From: Hydrurus foetidus
Taxonomy: Eukaryota
Assembly: GCA_900617105.1 (NCBI GenBank)
Contig: UYFQ01000001.1
Span: 1,364,001-1,428,000 of the forward strand
Length of the DNA: 64,000 bases
Direction: 5' to 3'
Shown: one piece after another, positions 38,445-50,275 of the stretch
Layout: each line of letters begins with the position of its first letter
Position numbering within the stretch: position 1 is the stretch's first letter
The notes under the pieces: generated by a model
Seen by the model: the letters and a program-made list of their open reading frames with translations, nothing else
The model's database searches: none
Told to the model about the DNA's origin: nothing
Position numbers and translations under genes: made by a program

Positions 38445-41228
38445 ATGAGTCAGACAAAACCTTCGTTTCTTTCGCAACTGTTCAGCGGCGGGCAACTTGC
38501 GGAACAAAATGCCGCGATCGAAGGCATGCAACGCCAATTGGACGAACGTGATGCAAAGCTTGGAGAGCTCCGAGTGCAATCTCAAGAGTTGGGTGCACAA
38601 CTTACCGCCGTAAGCAAAGCGCAGGCCATGATTGAGTTCAAGTTGGACGGCACCATCATCACGGCCAACGACAACTTCTGCAAAACCATGGGATTTACCC
38701 TGGACGAGATCAAAGGCAAACACCACAGCATGTTTGCCGATACAGGCGTGAGCGGCAGCGCCGAATACCGCCAATTTTGGGACAAGCTCAACCGCGGTGA
38801 ATACGATGCGGGCCAATACAAACGCATCGGTAAGGGCGGCAAAGAGGTGTGGATTCAGGCCAGCTACAACCCTATCATGGACATGAACGGCAAGCCCTTC
38901 AAGGTCATCAAATTTGCCACCGATATCACGACCGCCAAACTGCAATCGGCCGACTTTGAAGGCCAGCTGAAAGCGGTTAGTAAGGCTCAGGCGGTGATCG
39001 AATTCAAATTAGATGGCACCATCCTCACTGCCAACGAGAATTTCTGCAAAACCATGGGGTATACCCTGGATGAGATCAAAGGCAAACACCACAGCATGTT
39101 TGCTGATACAGGCGTGAGCGGCAGCGCCGAATACCGCCAATTCTGGGACAAGCTCAACCGCGGTGAATACGATGCGGGCCAGTACAAACGCATCGGCAAG
39201 GGTGGCAAAGAGGTGTGGATTCAGGCCAGCTACAACCCTATCATGGACATGAACGGCAAGCCCTTCAAGGTTGTCAAATATGCCACCGATGTCACCGATG
39301 TCACCTTACGCGCAACGTTTAACTTACGCGCCCTCGGAGGCTTGGAAAACGTAGTCGTCAACGTGATGCTGGCAGATGCCCAATTCAACATCGTTTACAG
39401 CAATGCTTCCCTCCGCGAAATGCTGCGTATTGCCGAACCCGATATTCGCAAAGACCTGCCAGGGTTCACCGCGTCCAAAATCGTCGGCACAAACATCGAC
39501 AGTTTTCACAAAAACCCTGCGCACCAGCGCGGCATGTTGACCAACCTGAAAAGCACGCACAAGGCACAGCTCAAGCTGGGCGGCCGCACATTCGATTTGA
39601 CAGTCAACCCCATTAATGACGACAAAGGAGATCGGCTAGGTTATGTGGTTGAGTGGCTGGACGCAACGGCCTCTCTGGCAGCGCGTGAGACCGAACTAAA
39701 GACAGCAGCCGAAAATACGCGCATCAAAAACGCATTAGACAAATGCACCACCAACGTGATGATTGCCGATGCTACCAATCACATCATCTACATGAACGAG
39801 ACGGTTACGGCAATGATGCAGCGCAACGAAAGTGAGTTGCGTAAAAGCCTGCCACAGTTTGATGCCCGAAATTTGATCGGCCAGTTGATCGACGTATTCC
39901 ACAAAAACCCCTCCCATCAGCGCAACATGCTGGCTGGCTTGAACACAACCTTCCGCACTCAAATTCAGGTTGGCAGTTTGTATTTTGGCCTGATTGCAAA
40001 CCCAATTCTCTCCGCCAAGGGTGAGCGTGTGGGCACTGTGGTCGAGTGGGCAGACCGCACGGCCGAAGTTGGTGTTGAAAACGAGGTCGCGGCCATTGTG
40101 CAAGCTGCAAGCCAGGGTGACTTTGCGAAACGACTGGAAACGCAAGGTAAAACTGGATTTTTTGCCAATCTGTCAACCGGCATGAACCAATTGCTCAGTA
40201 CCAGTGAACAGGGTTTAAGTGATGTGGCCGATGTACTGACTGCCTTTGCCGAAGGTGACCTGACCCAACGAATCACGCGCGACTACGCCGGCCTGTTTGG
40301 CAGGGTCAAGGAGAGTGCAAACAGTACCGCCGAAAACCTGACCCGGGTGATGGGTGAGGTGCGCGCCGCTGCTGATGCGCTCACAGGTGCGGCCAATCAG
40401 GTCAGCGCCACCGCGCAGTCGTTATCGCAAGCCGCCAGCGAACAAGCTGCATCGGTTGAGGAAACTACGGCATCGATTGATGTCATGTCAGCCTCCATCA
40501 GTCAAAACAGTGACAACGCCAAAGTCACCGACGGTATGGCTACGAAAGCCAGCAAAGAGGCCACTGATGGTGGCAGTGCTGTCAGCCAGACAGTAACAGC
40601 CATGAAGCAGATTGCAGCCAAAATCGGCATCGTGGATGACATTGCCTACCAGACCAACCTGCTGGCCTTGAACGCCGCCATTGAAGCAGCCCGAGCTGGC
40701 GAGCATGGCAAGGGCTTTGCGGTGGTCGCGGCAGAGGTTCGAAAATTGGCTGAGCGCAGCCAAGAAGCCGCCAAAGAGATTGGCGACCTCGCGAGTAACA
40801 GCGTATCGACCGCAGAGCGCGCGGGCAAGTTGTTGGATGAAATTGTTCCCAGCATTCAAAAGACCTCTGAGCTGGTGCAAGAGATTGCAGCCGCCAGTGC
40901 CGAACAAAGCGAATCCGTCGTGCAAATTGGTGGGGCCATGGGGCAGCTCAGCAAAGCTACGCAGCAAAACGCATCAGCCTCTGAGGAATTGGCGGCCACC
41001 AGTGAAGAATTGTCTGGTCAGGCAGAGCAGCTCCAACAAAGCATTGCGTTCTTCAATATTGGAGAGGATGCACCAGCCACACGCAGTCGCCATGAGGTGT
41101 TCCACGCAAGCGAGCGGCGCGGAGGCTCTGGTGCCAGTTTGAGCAGCAGCCGCGCTGCCCCACGCTTGGGATCAAATCTGAAACCTGCAGCCGTGCGAGG
41201 TGGAAGTACCAACTTCAAACCCTATTGA
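38445..41228 (+). CDS. Soluble multi-PAS methyl-accepting chemotaxis protein
   Basis: No TM; 4 PAS domains; [31 protein letters not shown]-terminal NFKPY; AGGAG RBS. Confidence 0.93.
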   Translation: MSQTKPSFLSQLFSGGQLAEQNAAIEGMQRQLDERDAKLGELRVQSQELGAQLTAVSKAQAMIEFKLDGTIITANDNFCKTMGFTLDEIKGKHHSMFADTGVSGSAEYRQFWDKLNRGEYDAGQYKRIGKGGKEVWIQASYNPIMDMNGKPFKVIKFATDITTAKLQSADFEGQLKAVSKAQAVIEFKLDGTILTANENFCKTMGYTLDEIKGKHHSMFADTGVSGSAEYRQFWDKLNRGEYDAGQYKRIGKGGKEVWIQASYNPIMDMNGKPFKVVKYATDVTDVTLRATFNLRALGGLENVVVNVMLADAQFNIVYSNASLREMLRIAEPDIRKDLPGFTASKIVGTNIDSFHKNPAHQRGMLTNLKSTHKAQLKLGGRTFDLTVNPINDDKGDRLGYVVEWLDATASLAARETELKTAAENTRIKNALDKCTTNVMIADATNHIIYMNETVTAMMQRNESELRKSLPQFDARNLIGQLIDVFHKNPSHQRNMLAGLNTTFRTQIQVGSLYFGLIANPILSAKGERVGTVVEWADRTAEVGVENEVAAIVQAASQGDFAKRLETQGKTGFFANLSTGMNQLLSTSEQGLSDVADVLTAFAEGDLTQRITRDYAGLFGRVKESANSTAENLTRVMGEVRAAADALTGAANQVSATAQSLSQAASEQAASVEETTASIDVMSASISQNSDNAKVTDGMATKASKEATDGGSAVSQTVTAMKQIAAKIGIVDDIAYQTNLLALNAAIEAARAGEHGKGFAVVAAEVRKLAERSQEAAKEIGDLASNSVSTAERAGKLLDEIVPSIQKTSELVQEIAAASAEQSESVVQIGGAMGQLSKATQQNASASEELAATSEELSGQAEQLQQSIAFFNIGEDAPATRSRHEVFHASERRGGSGASLSSSRAAPRLGSNLKPAAVRGGSTNFKPY
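38605..39295 (+). repeat. Near-identical tandem duplication of a PAS domain, 366-bp period
   Basis: CAAAGGCAAACACCACAGCATG at 38711 and 39077; long identical peptide runs. Confidence 0.93.
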
Positions 41229-41270
41229 GTGGGCCTTTCCATACAGGCACGACATCCTGAGACCCATTTC

Positions 41271-42242
41271 ATGAAAACCGTACAACAAGAAATCGACGAA
41301 CGCACCAAACTTGCTGGCAACAACAAATTTGAGCTGCTGTTATTCCGCTTGGGCGATTCGCCAGGCAGTGGCCAGCGCGAGCTGTTTGGCATCAACGTGT
41401 TCAAGGTGCGTGAAGTCTTGGTCATGCCAGCTATCACCGAACTGGCTAACGCCCATGCACACCTGATGGGGGTTGCCAATATTCGCGGCCAAATTATTCC
41501 GGTCATCAATCTCCCCGCCGTGTTGAGCTGCAACCCTACCAAGGGCTTGAGCATTTTGATGGTGACGGAGTTTGGCCGCACGGTACAAGCTTTTGCGGTG
41601 GAAGATGTGCGCGAGATTGTTCGCCTAGAGTGGGACCAGGTTTTGCCAGCTGAGCACAGCCACGCGGGGGCACTCATTACCGGCATTGCGCGACTGGACG
41701 GTGCCACTGCTAACACACGCTTGGCCCAAGTAGTGGACGTGGAACAAATTTTGCGTACTGTTATGCCAGTCACCACAGAAGAAATCAACCGCGAGGTAGT
41801 CGGGCCGGTGTTAACCCTGCCGCCAGATTCTGTGATTTTAGTGGCGGATGACTCAGCCGTGGCGCGCTCAGTGATTGAGCTGGGCTTGAAAGCTATGGGC
41901 GTGGACTACATCATGACCAAAACCGGCAAAGAAGCCTGGGAGCGCTTGCAAGCGTTATCTGACGAGGCCGTGTCCATGGGTAAAAAAGTAACTGACAGAG
42001 TCGCGGTGATGCTTACCGATCTGGAAATGCCCGAGATGGATGGCTTCATGCTCACCCGCTTAATCAAGCAGGATGCTCGGTTCAAGAGCATTCCCGTGGT
42101 GATTCACTCGTCACTTACCGGCACCACCAACGAGAACCATGTCAAGGCCGTGGGGGCCGATGCCTATGTGGCGAAATTTTCCCCGCGTGAACTGGCAGCA
42201 ACACTTCGTAGCGTGCTAACCACTGAACCCTTCATTCACTAG
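41271..42242 (+). CDS. cheV: Chemotaxis coupling protein CheV (CheW-REC)
   Basis: FGINVFKVREV, NIRGQIIPVI, then REC ADDS..TDLEMPEMDG. Confidence 0.92.
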   Translation: MKTVQQEIDERTKLAGNNKFELLLFRLGDSPGSGQRELFGINVFKVREVLVMPAITELANAHAHLMGVANIRGQIIPVINLPAVLSCNPTKGLSILMVTEFGRTVQAFAVEDVREIVRLEWDQVLPAEHSHAGALITGIARLDGATANTRLAQVVDVEQILRTVMPVTTEEINREVVGPVLTLPPDSVILVADDSAVARSVIELGLKAMGVDYIMTKTGKEAWERLQALSDEAVSMGKKVTDRVAVMLTDLEMPEMDGFMLTRLIKQDARFKSIPVVIHSSLTGTTNENHVKAVGADAYVAKFSPRELAATLRSVLTTEPFIH

Positions 42243-42248
42243 TCAACC

Positions 42249-43067
42249 ATGGCCACCATTGCCTTTAGCGACAGCGAATTCAAGGAAATTGGCAAAATTA
42301 TGTACGATGCCGTTGGCCTGTCGTACAGCGATTCCAAAAAATCGCTGATTTTGTCGCGCCTGTCACCACGCATCATCAAGCTAGGTTTAAATGGCTTTGC
42401 AGACTACATTGCCCTTTTGAACGACGAGTCCGAAGCGGCCGAATTTCAAATGGCGGTTGACCTGCTCACCACCAACGAAACCTACTTTTTCCGCGAGCCC
42501 AAACACTATGACTTGCTCGAACAAGAATTAGCCGCGCGTAAAAGTAAAGGGCCGTTGAGTATTTGGAGCGCAGCGTCTTCTTTTGGTGACGAAGCCTACA
42601 GCACCGCCATGCTGCTCTCAGACCTGCAAATCGCAGGCAAAATTGGCCCTGACTGGTCGATTTTGGCCACTGACATCAGCCACCGAGTGCTGCTCAGCGC
42701 TAAAGAAGGCGTATACCCCCAAGACCGGCTGCGCGCCGTATCGCCAGACCGCCTGCGTCGTTATTCCCTCAAGGGTGAGGGTACCTCGGAAGGTCAATCC
42801 ATGGTTGTGGACAAATTGCGCCAGCGCGTGCAATTTGGCCAGCTCAATCTGTGCAAGCCGTTTGACGGCTTGGGCCCGTTTGATGTCATCTTCTTGCGTA
42901 ACGTACTCATCTACTTTGACATCCAAACCAAAGGGGAAGTTGTCGACCGCGTATTGGAAACGCTCAAGCCCGGCGGTCTTTTTTTTCTCGGCACTGCCGA
43001 AGGGCGCGTGCAATGCAAGACCCCACTGCAAACCGTGCAGCCTGGCGCTTTCAGAAAGCCGGCATGA
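42249..43067 (+). CDS. cheR: Chemotaxis methyltransferase
   Basis: TTNETYFFRE, WSAASS.GDEAYS, FDVIFLRNVLIYF. Confidence 0.93.
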   Translation: MATIAFSDSEFKEIGKIMYDAVGLSYSDSKKSLILSRLSPRIIKLGLNGFADYIALLNDESEAAEFQMAVDLLTTNETYFFREPKHYDLLEQELAARKSKGPLSIWSAASSFGDEAYSTAMLLSDLQIAGKIGPDWSILATDISHRVLLSAKEGVYPQDRLRAVSPDRLRRYSLKGEGTSEGQSMVVDKLRQRVQFGQLNLCKPFDGLGPFDVIFLRNVLIYFDIQTKGEVVDRVLETLKPGGLFFLGTAEGRVQCKTPLQTVQPGAFRKPA

Positions 43068-43585
43068 GAACGTTACCCGACACCGCCTCTACTGAGCTCA
43101 TGCCAGGCGACATTGCCGTGGGGCTGGTAGGCGACAAACTCAAGACGCTGCTGGGGTCATGCGTCAGCATCATCCTCACCGACCCACACCGCACGGTAGG
43201 TGCCATGTGCCATATCGTGCACGTGGGCAAACCCAACAGCGCCAATACCGGCAACACCGCATACGGCAGCGTGGCCATGCGGGAGCTGTTTGCGCGCCTG
43301 CAACACCTGAGCATCTCGCCCAACCTATGCCAAGCTTATGTATATGGCGGTGGCAACATGTTTCCCAAATTGTTCGGAAAGCGCCACGTTGGCGATGCCA
43401 ATGCCGAATGGGCACTCTCTTTTTTGACCGAGCACCACATCGCAGTCCTGCAGCAGGAAGTGGGTGGCCACGGCTACCGCAAAGTAGCTTGGACGGTGGG
43501 CCCGGATGCGCCGGTGGTAGAGACGGTGCAAATAGACAACGCAGACACCTTGGTCAGTGAGCCCTTTAAAACAGGTACAAATTAA
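43064..43585 (+). CDS. cheD: Chemoreceptor glutamine deamidase
   Basis: TLLGSCVS, GAMCH, GGGNMF. Confidence 0.9.
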   Translation: MRTLPDTASTELMPGDIAVGLVGDKLKTLLGSCVSIILTDPHRTVGAMCHIVHVGKPNSANTGNTAYGSVAMRELFARLQHLSISPNLCQAYVYGGGNMFPKLFGKRHVGDANAEWALSFLTEHHIAVLQQEVGGHGYRKVAWTVGPDAPVVETVQIDNADTLVSEPFKTGTN

Positions 43586-44646
43586 TGACCATCAAAGTAT
43601 TCGTTGTAGATGACTCAGCTGTAGTGCGCCAGGCTCTGGCCCATATGCTGTCGGGCAATGCCGAGGTCAAGCTAATTGGCAGTGCACCCAACCCACTGCT
43701 GGCCATGGAGTTGATTCGCAAGAATCCACCCGATGTGCTGCTGCTCGACATCGAGATGCCAGGCATGGACGGCCTCACGTTTTTGCGCCAAATCATGGCT
43801 GGTACGCCCATCCCTACAGTGATTTGCTCAACGTTGTCCATCGCAGGTAGCCAGATTGCACTGGAGGCCTTGAGCGCGGGTGCTGTTGCTGTGCTGGCCA
43901 AGCCCAAGTTGGGGGTAAAGGCGTTTCTAGACGAGTCACGCCGCGAGATGATTCAAACGCTCAAAACAGCGGCCAAATTACGCCCACGCGCGTGGGTGAG
44001 CTTGGCTGCCCCCGGAAATGTAGCTCGAGCAGCCGGGCCACGCACCAGCTCAGGCAGCGTGCATGCATTTGCCATGAATAAACCGGTCGTTATCGGCAGC
44101 TCCACCGGTGGCACCCAGGCTCTGGAAATGGTGCTCATGGGCTTGCCCGCCGATGCTCCAGGCATTGCCATCACCCAACACATGCCTGAAAAATTCACTG
44201 CCATGTACGCACAACGCCTCAACGGCATTTGTGCAATGAATGTGCGCGAAGCCAAAGATGGAGACAGACTTGAGCGTGGTGTGGTGCTGATCGCCCCCGG
44301 TGGGCTCCACATGAAAATGCGCAAAGCCGCTGGACAGTACTATATAAATGTCGTGGACGGCCCACCCGTCAACCGCCACAAGCCATCGGTTGACGTACTC
44401 TTTAAGTCTGCATCTGAATGTGCTGGGCGTGATATTTTGGGAATTATCTTGACCGGAATGGGGGACGATGGCGCGCGCGGCATGAAGATACTGCACGACG
44501 GCGGTGCCCGCACTATTGCCCAAAATGAAGAGACCTGCGTGGTATTTGGTATGCCCAAAGAAGCCATCAAATTGCAAGCCATTGACGACATTCTTCCGCT
44601 AGAAAGTATGGCCCGCGCCATCCTTCAATTTGACTCACGCGCATGA
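43585..44646 (+). CDS. cheB: Chemotaxis methylesterase/response regulator
   Basis: REC plus GSSTGG, QHMP, HKPSVDVLF, LTGMGDDG. Confidence 0.95.
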   Translation: MTIKVFVVDDSAVVRQALAHMLSGNAEVKLIGSAPNPLLAMELIRKNPPDVLLLDIEMPGMDGLTFLRQIMAGTPIPTVICSTLSIAGSQIALEALSAGAVAVLAKPKLGVKAFLDESRREMIQTLKTAAKLRPRAWVSLAAPGNVARAAGPRTSSGSVHAFAMNKPVVIGSSTGGTQALEMVLMGLPADAPGIAITQHMPEKFTAMYAQRLNGICAMNVREAKDGDRLERGVVLIAPGGLHMKMRKAAGQYYINVVDGPPVNRHKPSVDVLFKSASECAGRDILGIILTGMGDDGARGMKILHDGGARTIAQNEETCVVFGMPKEAIKLQAIDDILPLESMARAILQFDSRA

Positions 44647-46682
44647 ACAACATATTGACTGATCAGCAGCAGCGCCCCCGATTATTGATCGTGGACGACC
44701 AGGCTATCAACATCCAGATCTTGTGCAACGTATTCTCTTCCGATCACCATATTTTTATAGCGTCCAACGGGCAGCAGGCCATAGAAATGTGCCATAGCAA
44801 GCGGCCTGACTTGCTGTTGCTAGACATTGAACTTCCCGATCTTGATGGCTACACCGTTTGCGAGCGCCTCAAGGCCAATCCAGCCACCCGCGAAATTCCC
44901 GTTATTTTTGTGACAGCCCACCGCGATGAAACTGCCGAGGCGCGTGGCTTTGCATTGGGTGCGATTGACTTCATCTCCAAACCCATCAACGTGGCCGTTG
45001 TGCGCGCCCGCGTTAAAACCCACTTAACGCTCAAGCGCCAAGCCGACCAGTTACGCAAGCTATCTCAAGCGGTGCAGCAAAGCCTAGGCATGGTCGTCAT
45101 TACCGACTTGGAGTCGCGCATTGAATACGTGAACGATGCATTTGAAGATATCACGGGCTATAGTGCTTCCGAAGTAATCGGCAAAAATCCCAACATATTG
45201 CAATCTGGTGCGACACCAACCGCCACTTACACATCGATGTGGGAATCGTTGACTCAGGGCAAGGCTTGGCGAGGGCAATTCCACAATAAGCGCAAAGACG
45301 GCACAGAGTTTATTGAGTTCGCCATCATCACCCCTCTGCGCCAGCCCAATGGCGAAATCACACATTATGTGGCCGCAAAAGAAGATATCACTGAGCGCAA
45401 GCGCCAAGGCTTGGAGCTCGATCGCCACCGCCATCACCTAGAAGACATGGTGGCCCAACGCACTTCTGAGCTCAGCATCGCGCGTGAGCAGGCCGATGCA
45501 GCCAACAAAGCCAAGAGCGCGTTTTTAGCCAACATGAGCCATGAGATTCGCACCCCCATGAACGCCATTTTAGGGTTTTCACACCTCATGCAGCGTGAAG
45601 AAACCACACCCGCGCAAGCCGCTCGGCTAGGAAAGATCGCCAGCGCGGGCCAACACTTGATGGAAATTATTAACGCCATTTTGGATATTTCTAAAATTGA
45701 ATCAGACCGAATGGAGCTGGAATCTACGGACTTCCATTTATCCGTCGTGCTGGACAACGTGGCCGTGTTGATTGGGCAAGCCGCCCGTGCCAAAGGCTTG
45801 GAAATATTGGTAGATGCTGGCAATGTTCCCCACTGGCTGTGCGGTGACCCTACCCGCTTACGACAGGCTTTACTCAACTATGCGGGCAATGCCGTCAAAT
45901 TCACGGAACACGGCACCGTCACTTTGCGAGCCCATCTGATGAACGAGACTGACGGCAAGCTGCTCATTTGCTTTGAAGTCGCTGACACGGGTGTTGGCAT
46001 TTCACCCGAGAATAAAAAACAGCTGTTTCAAGCCTTTGCTCAGGCCGATGCCTCCACCACACGTAAATACGGTGGCACAGGCTTGGGACTGGCCATTACT
46101 CGCCGCTTGGCCGGACTCATGGGCGGCGAAGCCGATGCCAACAGTGAGCCAGGAAAAGGCAGCACGTTTTGGTTTACCGCGCTCCTTGAACGTGGAAAAG
46201 GCATCATGCCAACTGAGGCTGCAAAGCCAGAAACCAACGCCATTGAACTCCTGCGCCACTACCACGCTATGGCCCGCTTTTTAGTGGTGGACGACGACCC
46301 CTTCAACCGCGAAATAGCTGCCGAGCTGTTTGAAAGCATTGGCCTGCAAGTGGATACCGCCGACAACGGCGCAGAGGCCGTAGCAAAAGCCACAGCCTGT
46401 CACTATTCATTGGTCCTGATGGACGTGCAAATGCCAGTAATGGACGGCCTGCAAGCCACTCGCCAAATTCGCCAAATACCGGGCTGGGCTGACCTGCCCA
46501 TTTTGGCACTCACGGCCAACGCTTTTGCCGAAGACCGGTTAAATTGCTTTGCGGCGGGCATGAATGATTTTGTGACCAAACCTGTCAATCCCTCCGAGCT
46601 TTATGCCGTCCTGCTGAAGTGGTTGCCCATCGCAGAACCGCAGCTCAACGCCATTGCATTTTCGCAACCTGACGTACTTTGA
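44643..46682 (+). CDS. Cytoplasmic hybrid kinase REC-PAS-HisKA-HATPase-REC
   Basis: N-terminal [27 protein letters not shown]-terminal REC; overlaps cheB stop. Confidence 0.92.
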   Translation: MNNILTDQQQRPRLLIVDDQAINIQILCNVFSSDHHIFIASNGQQAIEMCHSKRPDLLLLDIELPDLDGYTVCERLKANPATREIPVIFVTAHRDETAEARGFALGAIDFISKPINVAVVRARVKTHLTLKRQADQLRKLSQAVQQSLGMVVITDLESRIEYVNDAFEDITGYSASEVIGKNPNILQSGATPTATYTSMWESLTQGKAWRGQFHNKRKDGTEFIEFAIITPLRQPNGEITHYVAAKEDITERKRQGLELDRHRHHLEDMVAQRTSELSIAREQADAANKAKSAFLANMSHEIRTPMNAILGFSHLMQREETTPAQAARLGKIASAGQHLMEIINAILDISKIESDRMELESTDFHLSVVLDNVAVLIGQAARAKGLEILVDAGNVPHWLCGDPTRLRQALLNYAGNAVKFTEHGTVTLRAHLMNETDGKLLICFEVADTGVGISPENKKQLFQAFAQADASTTRKYGGTGLGLAITRRLAGLMGGEADANSEPGKGSTFWFTALLERGKGIMPTEAAKPETNAIELLRHYHAMARFLVVDDDPFNREIAAELFESIGLQVDTADNGAEAVAKATACHYSLVLMDVQMPVMDGLQATRQIRQIPGWADLPILALTANAFAEDRLNCFAAGMNDFVTKPVNPSELYAVLLKWLPIAEPQLNAIAFSQPDVL

Positions 46683-46711
46683 TGACTTCAACTTTTAAAA
46701 AGAACTAAGCC

Positions 46712-47833
46712 ATGTCAGATACCCCACAAAACGACATCCATCTGCAAAACAACGCGCCACCTTCAGGCTCTACCACGCCCTTACTCTGGATGCTGGTGCC
46801 TGCCGGTGCCATGCTGTTGGCAGCCCTGCCACTCATGTTCGATGCTGCCTGGGTAACCTGGCTGGCGCTGGTGGCCATTGGGGTGCTAACAGGTCTGTCT
46901 GTATGGGTGCTTGCTTCGCGCTTGCAAGCCGCCACGACGCAGGCCGAGCAAGCCAGCACACAGGCGGAGGGTGAGCAACCCGGCCAGTCTCTGGTTTACT
47001 TGTTGCAAGATATCTTGCCCGCTTGGCAACACCATGTAGCTACCGTCAGATCTCAAACCGAAGATGCCGTGATCAAGCTCACCACCAGTTTTTCCAAGGT
47101 CTTAGAGCAGTTTGATCTGGCAGGCATTGGTTCGGGAAACAAAAACGACAGCGATGAAAGCATCACTCTGTTGGCCTTGTGCGAGCGTGAGTTACAGCCC
47201 GTTGTAGGGTCACTTACCGTTGTGATTGAGGGCAAAGACAGCATGCTGGCCAACATCCGTCATTTGTCCATCGAAACCAAAGCATTGCAAGAGATGGCAG
47301 ACGAAGTTGGCAGCATTGCCGCGCAAACTAACCTGCTGGCCATCAACGCTGCCATTGAAGCAGCCCGCGCGGGCGAATCGGGCCGTGGCTTTGCAGTCGT
47401 GGCAGCAGAGGTTCGCCTTTTATCTCAACGATCAGCCTCAACTGGCTTGCGTATTGCCAACCGGGTCAAAGAAGTCACAACGGTCATGACTGAAACCATG
47501 AACGTAGCAGAAGAAACCAACAAACAAGACCGCTTGGCCGTGTCTTTGTCGGGCAGCATTGTGGAAGACGTACTTAACCACGTTCGCGCCATGGGTGAAT
47601 CATCTGACATTATGAAAAAGCACAGCGGCATCGTGCGCCACGAGGTAGAAAACCTGCTGATGGCCATGCAGTTTCAAGACCGCGTATCACAAATATTGAG
47701 TCTGCTAAGTGATGATATGCATCGCTTGGGCGACACACTGCAAACAACCCCACTCGAAGACATGCCAAATTCAGACGAGTGGATGAGCGCCTTCAGTAAA
47801 ACATACACTATGAAAGACCAAAAGCATCGCTAA
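46712..47833 (+). CDS. Short 2-TM methyl-accepting chemotaxis protein
   Basis: Two adjacent TMs, [35 protein letters not shown]. Confidence 0.88.
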   Translation: MSDTPQNDIHLQNNAPPSGSTTPLLWMLVPAGAMLLAALPLMFDAAWVTWLALVAIGVLTGLSVWVLASRLQAATTQAEQASTQAEGEQPGQSLVYLLQDILPAWQHHVATVRSQTEDAVIKLTTSFSKVLEQFDLAGIGSGNKNDSDESITLLALCERELQPVVGSLTVVIEGKDSMLANIRHLSIETKALQEMADEVGSIAAQTNLLAINAAIEAARAGESGRGFAVVAAEVRLLSQRSASTGLRIANRVKEVTTVMTETMNVAEETNKQDRLAVSLSGSIVEDVLNHVRAMGESSDIMKKHSGIVRHEVENLLMAMQFQDRVSQILSLLSDDMHRLGDTLQTTPLEDMPNSDEWMSAFSKTYTMKDQKHR

Positions 47834-47875
47834 AGTCACTGTTAGCTTTTCACCTTGATTACGGAGGATTACATA

Positions 47876-48325
47876 ATGAGCATTTCCAGTCCTGCAGACT
47901 CCCGCAATGCCAACGCCTTAAAAAGCCGCAGCGCCCTTAAAGTTTTAGTTATTGATGATGACCCATTTCAGTTAGAGTTCATTGCCGATGCATTGAAGAG
48001 CCTGGGTATCAGTAACATCACGCTGGCCGACAACGGCAACAAGGCATTGCAAGCCATAGCCGTGTCACGAGACAGTTCAGGCGGTGCTTTTGATCTTCTG
48101 CTCAGCGACCTGCATATGCCCGGCATGGACGGCTTTCAATTCATGGCATCAGCGGCTCAAAGCGGCTTCAAAGGCGCGTTAATTATTGTGTCTGGGCAAG
48201 ACAGTAAGGTGGTGTATTCAGCCACTTTGGTTGCGCAGTTGCGACGCTTTAACTTGCTTGGCACCCTACAAAAACCTGTTAGCAACAGTGCGCTGTCAGC
48301 CTTGGTGTTAAAGGTTGCCCAGTAA
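47876..48325 (+). CDS. Single-domain response regulator (RocR-like REC)
   Basis: IDDD, SDLHMPGMDG, IIVSGQD, LLGTLQKP; GGAGG RBS. Confidence 0.85.
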   Translation: MSISSPADSRNANALKSRSALKVLVIDDDPFQLEFIADALKSLGISNITLADNGNKALQAIAVSRDSSGGAFDLLLSDLHMPGMDGFQFMASAAQSGFKGALIIVSGQDSKVVYSATLVAQLRRFNLLGTLQKPVSNSALSALVLKVAQ

Positions 48326-48339
48326 CCAAGGCCACTAAA

Positions 48340-48738
48340 TCATGCGTCTGCCAGACGCAAGTCAATCATTGCGCAAATCGCTATAAACATCGGTTTTAAG
48401 CCTTGCGCAATTGCAAGTGCATTTTCCCGCTCACCCGCATGAGCGGCCTTCTCAAGCAACTGGCATTGGCCGGACAAGCCAAAAGCCCCCACATTCATTG
48501 CTGTTGACTTGGCGCGGTGCCCCATGGCCGCCAGCGCGTCTATGTCGTTTTTCGCTACGGCGGCATCTATTTGTACCATTACGTCCGTCATAGAACTAAC
48601 GAACAACAAAGCGAACTTTTTAAACTTCACGGCATTGCCGCCCACCATTTTTTCTAGCACCGACAAATCCAGCGCACCTGTGGCTAAGTCTGATACCGCC
48701 GCAGCGGACTCTGTAGAGGGATCGGTTAATGGCATCAT
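48340..48738 (-). CDS. Stand-alone Hpt phosphotransfer protein
   Basis: GHRAKSTAMNVGA Hpt motif; GGAG before ATG at 48738 (ORF open to 48930). Confidence 0.8.
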   Translation of the reverse strand: MMPLTDPSTESAAAVSDLATGALDLSVLEKMVGGNAVKFKKFALLFVSSMTDVMVQIDAAVAKNDIDALAAMGHRAKSTAMNVGAFGLSGQCQLLEKAAHAGERENALAIAQGLKPMFIAICAMIDLRLADA

Positions 48739-49012
48739 ATAAAGCTCCAAATCTGAGGCAACATTCGTAACATGGAGACCAGTGTATTCAAAATCCCTCT
48801 CTGTTGCATATTTCTCAACTGAAACCTTACGCTTCACAAGATCTGCATCTCTATTGGCAAAGTAATGTTGAACTTCTGGGTGGTACGCACAGCTGATTCG
48901 TGAAAATATGCGTAGGATTAATTTCCACATTCAAAAACGGCTTATGCGCTAATGTTTTTCCGCTCACGACGGTATATAAGTGGGCCGCTGTGGGTAGCCA
49001 CACTGACCGCGT

Positions 49013-50263
49013 TTACTTGGCGTTAAGCCGGTTGATTTGCGCCAGCGCGTTTTCCGCATCTTTGCCGTATTCGGCCAAATAGCGATCGCGCTCTTCGCTG
49101 CTCCATTCGTTGGGCGAGAACTGATCGGGGACGTAGCGCCCGGTGCTGTGGACGATACCTGCTTGACGCGACAGCATGGCGCGGTCGGGGAACTGGTCGG
49201 GAATGAGCAAAAAACCTTCCACATCACGCAGACGCAAGGGAAAAGCTGGGTTTTTATCGCGGATCAAGGCACCAAACAGCCGCAAGCGAAACTCTTGCGT
49301 GCCGGTGCCTACTTCTTCATTGAACTGCAACAAAGCCAAGGGGTTGCCTCGCGCATCATCAACTCTGGCACTCACGACATAGCGCCCTACCCTGGCCACG
49401 TTGGCTTTGAGGTAGAAGCTGAGTGAGCCGGTTTCGATAACTTCCCGCACACCCGCCCAGGTGGCCGGTGCTTGCGGCGTGTACACCACATCAAAGTGGG
49501 CGACGCCTTGGTCAGTTCCGATGCTGACGGTGGCCAGCAGACGGATAGTGCCTGCAAAGTTGGCAAAACCCTGAGCGATGGGGTTCAACAACGCGGTGTA
49601 TTTGCCGTCTGAAGCCAGCGCATCAGCACCGCCACCGCCATCCGAAAAATCAACCGTCGCCTGAATCAGGCTGGCCGCTGAGCGTGCTTCGGGGATGGAC
49701 TGTGCGGACGCACGGGCTACCGTCAAAGGCAGGTTTTCGCCTTTGTCGTTCACCGCTTCAATAGAGAACTTGACGGTTTCCGCGCCGGTCACGAAAACCC
49801 GCTCTTGTGTGGTGCGCAAACGCACACCTTTGACAGCCTCGCCTTTGGCGTTGCGCAGGGTCTTCTCTTCAGCGATGGGGTCAAAGGGCTTGTTTTGATC
49901 GGTTTTCACCGTCAAGGGCTGTGAATCATGTGGGTAACGCGTGGCATCGCGGTAGTTGGCGTAAACCTGTTCTGCTCGCTCGTAGCGGCTGCGCCACAGG
50001 GCCAGTTGCGCTTGCCGCGCTTGCAAGCCTGTGGCACTGAAAGGCGAATTTTGAGCGCCTGCGCCGTTGCCCGGTACGCCGTCCGCAGCGCTTGTTGCAG
50101 CCCCTGCTTGGCCAGTGGCGTTTTTGGTGGTGGTGGCTGTATCTGCTGCTGCGGAGTCCTCATCAAAAGCACCGCTGAAATACCCCGTGAGCACGGCCAG
50201 TGCGACCAGTGCACCGCCTATCAGGCCGATTTTTCGAAAGTTATGGCGGTTAAAGCGGCTCAA
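49013..50263 (-). CDS. Membrane-anchored protein with choice-of-anchor-X-like motif
   Basis: N-terminal TM, Ala/Thr/Gly linker, beta-rich body, DGGGGADALASDGKYT; TTG start. Confidence 0.7.
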   Translation of the reverse strand: MSRFNRHNFRKIGLIGGALVALAVLTGYFSGAFDEDSAAADTATTTKNATGQAGAATSAADGVPGNGAGAQNSPFSATGLQARQAQLALWRSRYERAEQVYANYRDATRYPHDSQPLTVKTDQNKPFDPIAEEKTLRNAKGEAVKGVRLRTTQERVFVTGAETVKFSIEAVNDKGENLPLTVARASAQSIPEARSAASLIQATVDFSDGGGGADALASDGKYTALLNPIAQGFANFAGTIRLLATVSIGTDQGVAHFDVVYTPQAPATWAGVREVIETGSLSFYLKANVARVGRYVVSARVDDARGNPLALLQFNEEVGTGTQEFRLRLFGALIRDKNPAFPLRLRDVEGFLLIPDQFPDRAMLSRQAGIVHSTGRYVPDQFSPNEWSSEERDRYLAEYGKDAENALAQINRLNAK

Positions 50264-50275
50264 TGGATGCAGGTT

